Shown: positions 44,608 to 54,039 of the stretch, one piece after another
How the letters are laid out: each line of letters opens with the position of its first letter
Position numbering within the stretch: the first letter of the stretch is position 1
Source of the DNA: a virus
Strand: one strand, 5' to 3'
IMG/VR virus record: IMGVR_UViG_3300038443_001578
Location: 19,804-83,803 of that record
Length of the DNA stretch: 64,000 bases
Notes under the pieces: model-generated
Told to the model about the DNA's origin: nothing
Databases searched by the model: none
The model's input: only the letters and a program-made list of their open reading frames with translations
Position numbers and translations under genes: made by a program

Positions 44608-47130
44608 ATGCGCAAGATACGAATTGCTCTTTTGACTCTCTTCGCGGCGGCTTTCTGCGCTTCGGCATGGGCCGTCCCGCAATCGACGATCTCATGGTTT
44701 GCGCCTGTCGCGCCGGATTCGGTCTCGATTAAGGGGCCGACCTACAACGGCACGACGGAATGGCTTACGTTTGTTCCAACCTACACGACGAGCGACCCGA
44801 CGCAATCGGTCCAGCAATACCAATGGGAAAGCTCGACGGATGGCGGAACGACATGGTCCAGCATCACGACATCGCCTACGTTTGCGATTTCGTTTACGTC
44901 CGGCACCATGGAAGTTCGCTGTCGCGCTGCGAATCCGCAATGGTCGGTTATTGCTACGACCGCATGGGTTACGAGCTCCAATACGACCTATGGGCTTCCG
45001 GCTGCCGGCGGGGATCTATCCGGTACGTATCCGAATCCGACCGTGGCCGCGATCCGCGGGAAGACCGTCTCGTCCACATCACCGTTAGCCGGTCAGTATC
45101 TTGCCTTTGACGGCTCGAACTGGGTTCCCTCCTCAATCAGTGGCGGCGGCGTAATCCTCGGGAGTGTTACCGTTGTCGCAACGTCGAATGTCACGCAGAG
45201 CGGCTTCCCAACCATTGATGGCGTAGGCACGGGACCGGGCTCCATCGTTCTTTGCACTGCCCAGACGAGCAACATCAACAACGGACCTTGGGCATGTCAG
45301 AGTGGAACGTGGACGCGGCCGACGTGGTATGCCACGGGAACGATAATCGCGTACGGCCAATTGATCTGGGTCGACCAAGGTACATCGTACGGTAAAACGT
45401 GGTGGATGATGACGGCCCCATCGACGACTGTCGATACTACAGGGTCGTCGTGGACCTATGTCCAAACGAGGCTCGATAACGGTGTCACGGGCAACCTGCC
45501 AGTCGGAAATCTGAATAGCGGTACTGGGGCAAGTGCGTCAACGTATTGGCGCGGCGATGGAACCTGGGCAACGCCTGGCGGATCTATTCCTTTCCCTGTT
45601 TATGATGTCGGAACGACGTATTCGTCTGGTCAGGTGGTAGCTGGCTCCGATGGTAACCTGTACCGGGCGATCGCGTCGACCACCGGGAACGACCCGACGA
45701 CGGACAACAACACATATTGGGAGCTGTTCTACCGGCGCGTCACGATGACGCTCCATAGCGGAGTAGGATCGAGGTTCGCGGACACCTTCGCCTCTTCGGC
45801 CAGCCCCGGCGGCGCCATGACGCCCGGCATGATCAACGCCGTATCTTTCGTTCAAAACCACGTTCAGGCTTCCCCGGGCGTTGCGACGATCACGTTTCAG
45901 CAGGACGACAACCCGACGTTCACCGCGTCCGGCAATGGCACGACGACGACCATTCTCACAACCGTCAACATTCCGATCGGCGCGCATCTGCTCTGCACCA
46001 GCGGGACCGCTGGCAACATCGGGAAGATGACCACGGTCGGCGCGTCGAGCTATTCGTCCGGCACATATACCCTGACCGTTTCGGCGCTGACCTCGGCGAC
46101 GGCGACCGGCGACGTGTTCTCGTATCCGCCGTTCTATGGAACGACAGTGTCAATCAATATGCCGTCCAACGGTTATGGATTGATCGTCGCCGGAGATGCG
46201 AACACGCCGGCTATGCCAGCCTTTGCGCCGTCTCTTTCGGCGAGCGGGACTGGCTTGACCGGCACCTACTATGGGGCCGTCTCGTACACCTGGGTCGACG
46301 CTTCCGGCACAACCAGGGAGACGATGCCGGGGCCCGTGACATCGCTGACCGTTTCCAATCAAGGTATCCAGTTCGCTGGAGGATTTAGTCTTCCGACATG
46401 GGCGTCCGGCGCTTATGCTTACCTCTCGAACACGAACTCACCTGGTGCGGCGCAATATCGACAGGCTGCTTTTACGATTAGTCTTGGAACCGCTCAAGCG
46501 CTGACGATTACGTCTTTCTCGACGACGACGCAGGGAGCAACCACCAACCCTGACCCAGCGACCTATCCGTGCTGCATGATGTTTGCGAGCAACACGAATG
46601 GTATTACAGTTCAGGGTGGAAAACTCATCACGATCAAAAACATCTACCTGCGCGGGGCCTCGAATGCGGACAATGGCATTTCAGGCATCATTATGTCGAG
46701 CAACCAATTATGTGGTGTCTCGTTAAGTTCTCAAACAGTCATTTCGAACTGGGGAGACGGCGTGTTCGCTGGCAATACGTCGTACATAGCAGCCAACCCA
46801 GCACAGATTGATAATTGCGCTCAGGGGATACACGTCACTGGGTCTTCTTCAGTAGATGCCGGGTCGGGATCTACGGCAGGAGGAGGTACGAAGTGCGTCC
46901 GCTGCCAGTACGGAATACACGCGGACCTTATGAGCAGAGTTTGGGCGTCGAACGCATATGTCGGATATAGTACGACCGATGGATACTTTGCCGCATATGG
47001 TGCCCTTATTAGTACAAGCCCTAATAATCCCGTAAGTGGCACGTATCAACAGACATTCGGCTGCAGTGGAACGAGTTCGCCGACCTTTGGCACAACTGGC
47101 AACAACAACGCTTATTGCACGAATACGTAA
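44608..47130 (+). CDS. Tail fibre/receptor-binding protein with a signal-peptide-like N-terminus
   Basis: [22 protein letters not shown]|VP; [27 protein letters not shown] fibre motifs; C-terminal beta-helix. Confidence 0.75.
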   Translation: MRKIRIALLTLFAAAFCASAWAVPQSTISWFAPVAPDSVSIKGPTYNGTTEWLTFVPTYTTSDPTQSVQQYQWESSTDGGTTWSSITTSPTFAISFTSGTMEVRCRAANPQWSVIATTAWVTSSNTTYGLPAAGGDLSGTYPNPTVAAIRGKTVSSTSPLAGQYLAFDGSNWVPSSISGGGVILGSVTVVATSNVTQSGFPTIDGVGTGPGSIVLCTAQTSNINNGPWACQSGTWTRPTWYATGTIIAYGQLIWVDQGTSYGKTWWMMTAPSTTVDTTGSSWTYVQTRLDNGVTGNLPVGNLNSGTGASASTYWRGDGTWATPGGSIPFPVYDVGTTYSSGQVVAGSDGNLYRAIASTTGNDPTTDNNTYWELFYRRVTMTLHSGVGSRFADTFASSASPGGAMTPGMINAVSFVQNHVQASPGVATITFQQDDNPTFTASGNGTTTTILTTVNIPIGAHLLCTSGTAGNIGKMTTVGASSYSSGTYTLTVSALTSATATGDVFSYPPFYGTTVSINMPSNGYGLIVAGDANTPAMPAFAPSLSASGTGLTGTYYGAVSYTWVDASGTTRETMPGPVTSLTVSNQGIQFAGGFSLPTWASGAYAYLSNTNSPGAAQYRQAAFTISLGTAQALTITSFSTTTQGATTNPDPATYPCCMMFASNTNGITVQGGKLITIKNIYLRGASNADNGISGIIMSSNQLCGVSLSSQTVISNWGDGVFAGNTSYIAANPAQIDNCAQGIHVTGSSSVDAGSGSTAGGGTKCVRCQYGIHADLMSRVWASNAYVGYSTTDGYFAAYGALISTSPNNPVSGTYQQTFGCSGTSSPTFGTTGNNNAYCTNT

Positions 47131-47141
47131 AGGGTGATTCG

Positions 47142-47429
47142 ATGATTATCATAAGCACACGCTGGCCCGAAGATCAACAGTTTGCTTGCCCGAACAACGC
47201 TAATCTTAAGATTCAGCCGGTACAGGGTGAAGGTGGCGACGGAAAATTAAGCCAGACAGTCGATGCAAATAGCAACGTTTCTGGATTGCAATGGGAATGG
47301 ACGTGTCCGTGCGGTGAGGAGCACATAGCGACAATCACCAAGTCAGACCTGGCAGCATTAAACATCCCGACATCGTTGCAGTCTCCGATCGTCGCGGCCA
47401 CGATCGCGGGTACGGTCTACGCCCAATAA
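47142..47429 (+). CDS. Small protein, possible fibre chaperone
   Basis: CP...CPCG.EH; follows the fibre gene. Confidence 0.55.
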   Translation: MIIISTRWPEDQQFACPNNANLKIQPVQGEGGDGKLSQTVDANSNVSGLQWEWTCPCGEEHIATITKSDLAALNIPTSLQSPIVAATIAGTVYAQ

Positions 47430-47441
47430 CCTCAAACCGAC

Positions 47442-48509
47442 ATGCCTCTCAAAATCGTCTACATTACCGCTTCAGGCACATTCACGGTGCCTGCCGACTT
47501 TGACAGTACGGGGGCTTACCGGATCGGGGCCTACGGGGGCGGCGCACCGGCCCCGAATGCCAATTCCAGCTACGGCGGCGGCTACGGCGGCGGCGGCGGC
47601 GGCGCATATGCCGAGATCGACAGCCTTCCGGGGATCGCGGCCGGGAATGTGTATAACGTTCAGGTTGCCGCGGCGGACAGCGGCGGCGATACCTGGTTTA
47701 AAGATGCTTCGACACTGCTGGCTAAGGGCGGCTCTTCGCCGACCGGGACCGCGGGAGCTCTCGGCGGTCAGGCCGCGCAGTGTGTCGGTAGCGTCCGGTA
47801 CTCCGGCGGCAATGGAGGCAGTGCTCCCTCCGGATACACCGTTGGCGGTGGCGGAGGCGGCGCGGCCGGACCGAACGGCCCCGGCGGAAACGGGACCGAT
47901 GCGACGACCACAAACGGCGGCGACGGCGGCACAGCCGATGGCGGGTTCGGAGGCGCGGGCGGGACTGGCGGAACTTCGACGGTGAACGCCACGGCCGGTG
48001 GCAACGGCACGGAAGAAGGTTCGACCTACGGCGCCGGCGGCGGCGGTGGCGGCCGCGGGCTGAACGCCTCGGCTGCTGCCGGCGGAAACTACGGCGGGGG
48101 TGGGGGCGGAAGCCTGGGAACGGTAGCCGGCGGTTATGCGGGGCACTCCGGCGCTGGCTTGATCGTGTTCACGTACACGCCGGTTGCTCCCCCGACGGTT
48201 ACGCTCACTGCCACGAACGGCGCCGTCTCCGGGATCAGTCCTACCGACCATCTCAACTGGGCCTCGACGAACGCGACCTCGGTCATCATCACGGCCGACG
48301 TCGGACCGTCGCCGGGCTCAGTGTCGCCAGTTGCTGGTGGTTCCGTCGCGGTCAATCCGACGGAAACAACCACTTACACAGCGACGGCAACAGGGCCAAG
48401 CGGCACGGCGACGGCTACGGCGACTATCGTGTACCTCACCGTCCCGTCACTCACGGCGACACCGACCCTCCCATCAAACGTTCCGACGATCGAACTCACT
48501 GGAGACTAA
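47442..48509 (+). CDS. Glycine-rich tail-associated protein with C-terminal Ig-like domain
   Basis: SGTFTVP..., GGGGGAY, polyGly tracts, G..G.IV.TY, L.W.STNATS. Confidence 0.75.
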   Translation: MPLKIVYITASGTFTVPADFDSTGAYRIGAYGGGAPAPNANSSYGGGYGGGGGGAYAEIDSLPGIAAGNVYNVQVAAADSGGDTWFKDASTLLAKGGSSPTGTAGALGGQAAQCVGSVRYSGGNGGSAPSGYTVGGGGGGAAGPNGPGGNGTDATTTNGGDGGTADGGFGGAGGTGGTSTVNATAGGNGTEEGSTYGAGGGGGGRGLNASAAAGGNYGGGGGGSLGTVAGGYAGHSGAGLIVFTYTPVAPPTVTLTATNGAVSGISPTDHLNWASTNATSVIITADVGPSPGSVSPVAGGSVAVNPTETTTYTATATGPSGTATATATIVYLTVPSLTATPTLPSNVPTIELTGD

Positions 48510-48523
48510 TCGCCGCTATTTTC

Positions 48524-48555
48524 AGCCGCCACGCATTCGCGTAGGCGGCTATTTT
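48524..48555 (+). terminator. Terminator between convergent genes
   Basis: AGCCGCC...GGCGGCT-ATTTT. Confidence 0.6.
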
Positions 48556-48578
48556 CATGCCGCAAGGAAACGATCAGG

Positions 48579-49775
48579 TTATGGTGTAAGTGTCAATATA
48601 TCTTCGTCGTATACCCTGCGCAAGGGTAAAAATGCCTGTATCAATTCCCGATTTGCGCTAAAACCAGGCCCATCTCGCACAATCAGGTCCATATCAATAA
48701 GAGCCATAATATCGCGGCGTATTGTCCTTGAACTCTTGCCCGCATAGGCCGCAGCCACTCTTGGGGAGATCATTGGTATCTCGTGGATGAGTGATCTATT
48801 GGGTCGTTCTGACATGTCAAGTACAAGGTGTTTCTGTCGGCGATCCGCCACGGAGTCTCGTCCTCGAAAAACTTCATGGACGTAGTTCACCCATGTAAGT
48901 TGCCACTGAACCTGCCGAATATGCTGCAGTTGCGCCATCAACCCATCGACGAATCCGCGAACGGCGTACTCGACGAACGGAATAGAATCGCCACCGCCCT
49001 TACTGGATCGATCGAGTTGCCGGTAATAGTCCGTACGTGTGGCGTTGTAATGATTGCTGAGTAGATGTGAAGCTGGTGACGGCACGCCGGCCGCGAGTAA
49101 AATGCGATGCTCGAGCAGACGTGATGTACGGCCGTTGCCATCACCGAATGGGTGTATCCAAACCAGATAAAGATGCGCGAGAATGGCTCTCAGTATTCCA
49201 AAGACCATCGCGTCTGGATTGTTACTCGGAAGGAACGCGGGCTCATTCAACCATGAGCACATTCGGTCAAGGAGATATTCACAATCTTCTCGTGGGGCGC
49301 CGAGGTAATTTGCAACACCAACATTGTGCAATGATATCTCCCCAGGCTTGATCTCGTCATCAAGTTCAAGTCCATTTAAAACGATCCTGTTGAATTCCTT
49401 GATGATATCAGGGGTAATGAGTTCAAAATCTCGTTGTGTTGCCGCAAGGTTCAGCATCTGATTGCATGCGTTCACGACGTTATCCACTTCTTGTCCTAGG
49501 TATTCCCGAGATTCTGGCAACTTGAGCTTGCCCTGCATACGCTGCCTGACCTCTTCCTCCGTCAAGGTGTTGCCCTCAATCGCCGTCGTCGCATGAGCAC
49601 CTTTCGCCAAATAAACCCTATGTAACTCACCGGCTACCAGTGGAGGTAATGGAACTCCTGCAATATGCTCACACTTAGACCTCGCTTCACCCAGAGCCAT
49701 CCATAGGCGTGCGCTCATACGATTAGTATCAAACAGGAAGTTGAGCCAAGAATGCGATTGTTCATAACGCCTCAA
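48579..49775 (-). CDS. Fic-domain protein (class II) with C-terminal HTH
   Basis: HPFGDGNGRTSR catalytic motif; N-terminal TTAIEGN inhibitory motif; SSRTIRRDI..L. Confidence 0.92.
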   Translation of the reverse strand: MRRYEQSHSWLNFLFDTNRMSARLWMALGEARSKCEHIAGVPLPPLVAGELHRVYLAKGAHATTAIEGNTLTEEEVRQRMQGKLKLPESREYLGQEVDNVVNACNQMLNLAATQRDFELITPDIIKEFNRIVLNGLELDDEIKPGEISLHNVGVANYLGAPREDCEYLLDRMCSWLNEPAFLPSNNPDAMVFGILRAILAHLYLVWIHPFGDGNGRTSRLLEHRILLAAGVPSPASHLLSNHYNATRTDYYRQLDRSSKGGGDSIPFVEYAVRGFVDGLMAQLQHIRQVQWQLTWVNYVHEVFRGRDSVADRRQKHLVLDMSERPNRSLIHEIPMISPRVAAAYAGKSSRTIRRDIMALIDMDLIVRDGPGFSANRELIQAFLPLRRVYDEDILTLTP

Positions 49776-49825
49776 GATGTGCCTCTTTTTATGTCAGTCA
49801 TTTAAGCCTAGTATACCATCTGATT

Positions 49826-49851
49826 TGACAAAAATATAGATCTTTTTGTCA
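49826..49851. promoter_or_regulatory. Palindromic operator upstream of the fic gene
   Basis: TGACAAAAA-8-TTTTTGTCA; minus-strand TATACT at 49815-49810. Confidence 0.55.
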
Positions 49852-49904
49852 CGTTATTTGTCAAACATCGTTGCTCGTTAGTCAGACTTCAAAGGAGGCC
49901 CACC

Positions 49905-50117
49905 ATGCCCACCCTCACCTCAACCGACATCCTGCACGGCCTGAACGCCGCGCGCTATTACGGGCACGTTCCGTCCGTGATCCGCGTCCCGCGTTCGTGG
50001 GACCATCCGGCCCGCGTCGACGGCGTTACGGTCGAACCCGGCGATGTCGACGAACCGACGATCGTGACGGCTGAGGGGGCGCAGCTCGACATGCGCGGGC
50101 ACACGATCGGGGAGTAG
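49905..50117 (+). CDS. Small hypothetical protein
   Basis: AAGGAGG RBS. Confidence 0.65.
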   Translation: MPTLTSTDILHGLNAARYYGHVPSVIRVPRSWDHPARVDGVTVEPGDVDEPTIVTAEGAQLDMRGHTIGE

Positions 50118-50126
50118 GATGCTCAG

Positions 50127-50354
50127 TTAAGAGGCGGCTTCGTCGATGAGGTCGCGTATGGCGTCCTGAATATCGGCCTTTCCGCGATCAGCGGCTATCC
50201 TGCCGATTTTAGCCTCTTGGCTGCGCGTCAGGCGCAACGCGATCGGTTTGCCCAGTTTCTCGCCGGTCCCAGATTTCGTTTTTGGTCCAGCACCAGGGCG
50301 TGCGCCCCCGCGTTGGCGGGGCTCATTAGTAACCTTCGATGTGGCGTCTTGCAT
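50127..50354 (-). CDS. Small RHH-like DNA-binding protein with RGGARPGAG motif
   Basis: RGGARPGAGPK followed by IALRLT......I...A.......AIR.LI. Confidence 0.65.
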   Translation of the reverse strand: MQDATSKVTNEPRQRGGARPGAGPKTKSGTGEKLGKPIALRLTRSQEAKIGRIAADRGKADIQDAIRDLIDEAAS

Positions 50355-51039
50355 TATCCAGGCATTCCTCTCGTGTTTGCGGTGAGGCAAAACGGTATTT
50401 ATTTGCGTGAGCGTGCCCGCAGAACCATACTGGCGCATTGTATTCTGACGGCCGGCGTGTCGTAGTTTTGCTGCATCCCGGCCAGCAGCACGGACGAATG
50501 TATCCGCCGCCGCGCTGAGAGGCCTCCTGTTTTTTGAGCTGAGCGGCCCGCTTGACACCGGCCTGATGGCGCTTTCGATCGACTGGGCGGGATAAACCTG
50601 GCGTAAATGACCCTGCCGACTTACGCCCCTTACCGACAACCTGCTCGGCGGTATGCTTTTCGGGGAATCTTCGAGCTTCAACGATCTGTGCCTCGGTGAC
50701 CGTTCGCCAATCAATGCCGGCCTCCTTCATCCACCGCTGCACAGTTTTTTGAAACACAGCCTGATCGCGGCCTATTATCTTCGCGGCAGCCTCACCAATC
50801 TCTCGTGTTGACATGCCGCCATGCCAATACATTTCTCGAAGCCTGTCGGAGGAAAATGGACAGTCAATTCGCTTCTCTGAGAACGGACTATACGACCGAC
50901 GCTCAATGTCCGCCTCGCGCAGCCATTTGCATACAACGCTTTTGCTTACACCGACGAGGTCGGCAATTTGCTGTGCACTGCGCGTTTCGTAGAGCGTGCG
51001 CAGCTCATCGTCAGATGGTCTCGGTTTCCGGGAGGGCAT
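50326..51039 (-). CDS. Tandem-HTH protein with C-terminal zinc finger
   Basis: LRTLY...SAQQIADLVGVSKSVVCKWL...I.RR; second unit LREMY...MSTREIG; C..PGC...FC...H. Confidence 0.7.
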   Translation of the reverse strand: MPSRKPRPSDDELRTLYETRSAQQIADLVGVSKSVVCKWLREADIERRSYSPFSEKRIDCPFSSDRLREMYWHGGMSTREIGEAAAKIIGRDQAVFQKTVQRWMKEAGIDWRTVTEAQIVEARRFPEKHTAEQVVGKGRKSAGSFTPGLSRPVDRKRHQAGVKRAAQLKKQEASQRGGGYIRPCCWPGCSKTTTRRPSEYNAPVWFCGHAHANKYRFASPQTREECLDNARRHIEGY

Positions 51040-51309
51040 TCAAACCTCCGCAATGATGTAGATTTTGGTGCCGACCATAACCTGAACCCCAATGGTGGTT
51101 CGATCTGGGTTTTGAGGGACTTCGACAATGGCGCTTTCCGAGCTTAATGCAGCGTTACCGCGAGCGACTTGCTCCAGCGCGTAAAGTGCCTGCTCGCCGA
51201 TCTGGTCTAAAATCTCGCTCCTATTCGACAACCGAATAGGAGCGAGCGAGTGATCTATTCCGAACATGCCCTCATCGGAGAGCACGGCACTTGTCATGAG
51301 GTAAATCAT
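51040..51309 (-). CDS. Hypothetical protein
   Basis: GGAG RBS; adjacent to the next ORF. Confidence 0.55.
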   Translation of the reverse strand: MIYLMTSAVLSDEGMFGIDHSLAPIRLSNRSEILDQIGEQALYALEQVARGNAALSSESAIVEVPQNPDRTTIGVQVMVGTKIYIIAEV

Positions 51310-51331
51310 TGCGTCTCCAATAATCGCTCAG

Positions 51332-51574
51332 TTACGAGCGGACCACGAAATCGGAGTAGCGCTCGCCGGTCTTGATTTCGCCGTCGACGATTGCGGCCGT
51401 CTCATAACCATCAATTTCGTCAGCGAAAACGAAATCCTCAATGATGAGCGTTTCGAGATTTACGACGGGGTAGTATTCGGCGATCTCAGCCGGGAGGGCA
51501 GGGTCGGTGATAGACTTGCCGACATACTGGGCGAGTTCGGGCTTGTATTCGGTTGCGGTGGTGGTGGTCTGCAT
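51332..51574 (-). CDS. Hypothetical protein
   Basis: AGGAG RBS; first gene after the promoter. Confidence 0.65.
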   Translation of the reverse strand: MQTTTTATEYKPELAQYVGKSITDPALPAEIAEYYPVVNLETLIIEDFVFADEIDGYETAAIVDGEIKTGERYSDFVVRS

Positions 51575-51618
51575 TCTCGTATCTCCTGTACGTTAGGCCG
51601 TCGCCGTGATTGATTACA

Positions 51619-51652
51619 TGATTATGATATCATAATCAAAACGTAATGTCAA
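51619..51652 (-). promoter_or_regulatory. Sigma70 promoter with an overlapping 20-bp palindrome
   Basis: TTGACA-17-TATCAT; TGATTATGATATCATAATCA at 51619-51638. Confidence 0.8.
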
Positions 51653-51773
51653 TAGGGGTGTGAAAAGATTTTCTGAACTATACACGAACCCGCTCTCGCA
51701 TACAAAACCGCCATTCTCTATACATGAGGCCGCTCCGACATCGGGGCGGCCTTCGTCACGTCAAGGACACGCC

Positions 51774-51998
51774 ATGAAATCATCTCCACGCTACATTCAA
51801 GAATCGCTCGCCGCCGAGGAGCGCCGTCAGTGCGTCGAAGCCGAACGCGACGCCGTCGACCGGGCGGCAAAAGCGTTCGGCTTCCGTCCGGAGGCCGGCG
51901 AACCCGATCACGAGTTCCGTGCCCGTGTGCCGGCGATCGTCCGCGCGATGGCCCCGTACAACCCGACGGCGGCCCGGTTCGCCAAATGCCTGCACTAA
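51774..51998 (+). CDS. Hypothetical protein
   Basis: AAGGA RBS. Confidence 0.55.
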   Translation: MKSSPRYIQESLAAEERRQCVEAERDAVDRAAKAFGFRPEAGEPDHEFRARVPAIVRAMAPYNPTAARFAKCLH

Positions 51999-52074
51999 TT
52001 CCGTACACGTCCGGCGCTCACGGTTCCCAATCTCGCGCCCGGCTTTTCTACCCGCCACATAGAAAGGCACGCCC

Positions 52075-52656
52075 ATGCCCGCACCACTCGCTAATCTCTC
52101 ACCGCAACAGCTCGCTCTGTATGCCGCATCGGGAATCATCGGCGCCATCGTCGTCAAGGCCGTCGATTTCGTCTCCAGTCTATCACCGACACGCCAGACG
52201 CGCGAGCAGCGTATCGATGCCAAGTGGCAGGCGTTCGTCGAGGAGCAGGGGAAAGCGCGTGAGGCCGACCAGGCTGAGATAACAGAGTTGCGACGTGCCT
52301 ATGATGAGCAGCGCCAACTCTGCGAACGGCTCCTCAAGCGGCTCGACGAGGTCACAGCACAACTCGACGAAATGAAGGCGCAAGGCGACGCCAAGGACGC
52401 ACTCATCCGCGACCAGCGCGAGACGATTGATCGGCTGCGCAAGGAGAAGGACCAGACCGCAGCCAGCCACGCGCGCGTGATCAAGGACAAGGACACGACA
52501 ATCAAGACGCTGCAGTCTGCTAAGGCCGAGGCTCAAGCCCAGGCCGCTGACATGGAGAAGCGGCTACGTGCCGAGATCGACCGCCTGCAGGGCGAGATTG
52601 ACCAGCTCAAGGCTCAGATCGCATCGCCGGCCATCGTCCCAGTCCCGGCCGTTTGA
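52075..52656 (+). CDS. Membrane-anchored coiled-coil protein (holin/spanin-like)
   Basis: One N-terminal TM segment, long heptad repeat; lysis-region position. Confidence 0.6.
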   Translation: MPAPLANLSPQQLALYAASGIIGAIVVKAVDFVSSLSPTRQTREQRIDAKWQAFVEEQGKAREADQAEITELRRAYDEQRQLCERLLKRLDEVTAQLDEMKAQGDAKDALIRDQRETIDRLRKEKDQTAASHARVIKDKDTTIKTLQSAKAEAQAQAADMEKRLRAEIDRLQGEIDQLKAQIASPAIVPVPAV

Positions 52657-52779
52657 ACCTCGTACACGCATTTCAAACTTTGACGGCCGCCCTCGCGAGT
52701 GGGGCGGCCGTTCGTATGTCGACCACTCGCAACTGACTCACCTATCCGGAAAATCCGGATAGCTCGAAAGGACATTCCC

Positions 52780-53118
52780 GTGAACCTCAAGACCCTTATC
52801 GCCACCATCGAGGCCGATATTCAGGCCGTCGAGCACATCGCGTTTTTCAAGGCTGCTGCGCGCCAGGTCGTCGGCAACGGCATCGACAAGGCGTATCAGC
52901 TGATCGTCTCGACGGCGACCGAGGCCGTCGTCGTCGAGGACGTGAACGCGTTTGTCGAAAGCGCGACCAAGGCGCTCGGACCGGAGATGCTCGCGTTCGA
53001 TAAGCTCGCCGAGATGGGCATCGACAATGCCATCGATGTCGCGTTCGCCGAACTCGGCAAGGCTGCGACCGCCGACCAGATCAAGGCGTTCGTGTTCGCG
53101 CACCTCGGCCTTGCGTAA
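52780..53118 (+). CDS. Hypothetical lysis-region protein
   Basis: AAGGA RBS, GTG start. Confidence 0.6.
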   Translation: MNLKTLIATIEADIQAVEHIAFFKAAARQVVGNGIDKAYQLIVSTATEAVVVEDVNAFVESATKALGPEMLAFDKLAEMGIDNAIDVAFAELGKAATADQIKAFVFAHLGLA

Positions 53119-53160
53119 CGCTCACGCCGCCGGGGACGAACCGGCGGCAGTGGTCCACCC

Positions 53161-53961
53161 ATGAAACCCACCACATCCACAACCGCCGCGCTCGTCGCCG
53201 TCGCCCTGGTCGCGTTGACGCTGCTGACCGAGTGCGGTCGCTCACGCCTGCCGTCGACGGCCGTGTACGATACACCGGTCCGTTTGAGCGCACCAGGCAA
53301 GCCGTCGAGCCCCACAGGTAAGGCGCAACCTTGGAAGGAGAACCTGTCAGGTAAGCGGGTGGCTGAGACGGCAACGCATCCGCGAATGAGACATCGTGTC
53401 CCGTTTATGCCCCACATCATGGCGCATTTGTCCCATTCGCGATTGCGCTTCGCCGTTCGCATCCGGCCGTTACGGTTGCCGAGGATCGCGCTCCCGAATA
53501 TGCGTCAGGCACCATCCCTTATTAGCGATCGGCCTTCCCATATTACGAATGCGCCATCCCTATTTAGGCCGCCGTCCTCCCCATTTACTGGGGGACAAGC
53601 GGTGCCGAGGCCGACTGTGGCTCAAACCGCGCCTGCTCCTGCAGTTACTGCAGATCCTGCACCACCTGCACATTTCTCGCCATCCAGCACCACCTGCAGA
53701 TTCGGCATCGCCCACACGTCCCTTGGCGAGACGGCGATCACGTACGACATCGTTCACCGCGACGTGGCTATCAATCCGCTCGGCTTACGCGTCAAGGTCG
53801 GCGAGTGGGGTGGGGGCGTATTCGTCGCGAAGCGGCTCGGCAATGGCAGCGGGTTTGACGCGGGGCCGCAGGTCAACTACCAGGCAGGGCGAACGTTCGT
53901 CGGTGTAGGCTACGAGGTTCGGAGCCGGGCGGTTGTCGGGATGGTCGGGAGTAAGTTCTGA
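53161..53961 (+). CDS. Exported protein with Pro-rich linker and beta-barrel-like C-terminus
   Basis: Hydrophobic N-terminus ending near a Cys; alternating beta strands ending in Phe (VVGMVGSKF). Confidence 0.55.
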   Translation: MKPTTSTTAALVAVALVALTLLTECGRSRLPSTAVYDTPVRLSAPGKPSSPTGKAQPWKENLSGKRVAETATHPRMRHRVPFMPHIMAHLSHSRLRFAVRIRPLRLPRIALPNMRQAPSLISDRPSHITNAPSLFRPPSSPFTGGQAVPRPTVAQTAPAPAVTADPAPPAHFSPSSTTCRFGIAHTSLGETAITYDIVHRDVAINPLGLRVKVGEWGGGVFVAKRLGNGSGFDAGPQVNYQAGRTFVGVGYEVRSRAVVGMVGSKF

Positions 53962-54039
53962 GCTTAGTATATAGCGAGTTTTAACACGCTTATTTACGAA
54001 GCTTGCTTAGTATATTCGCTGACATTTACGGAGAATGAT

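Noticed and set aside
47520-48160. GGC-rich repeats
   Set aside because: Period 3 and in frame with a polyglycine tail protein; not the pentamer grammar.
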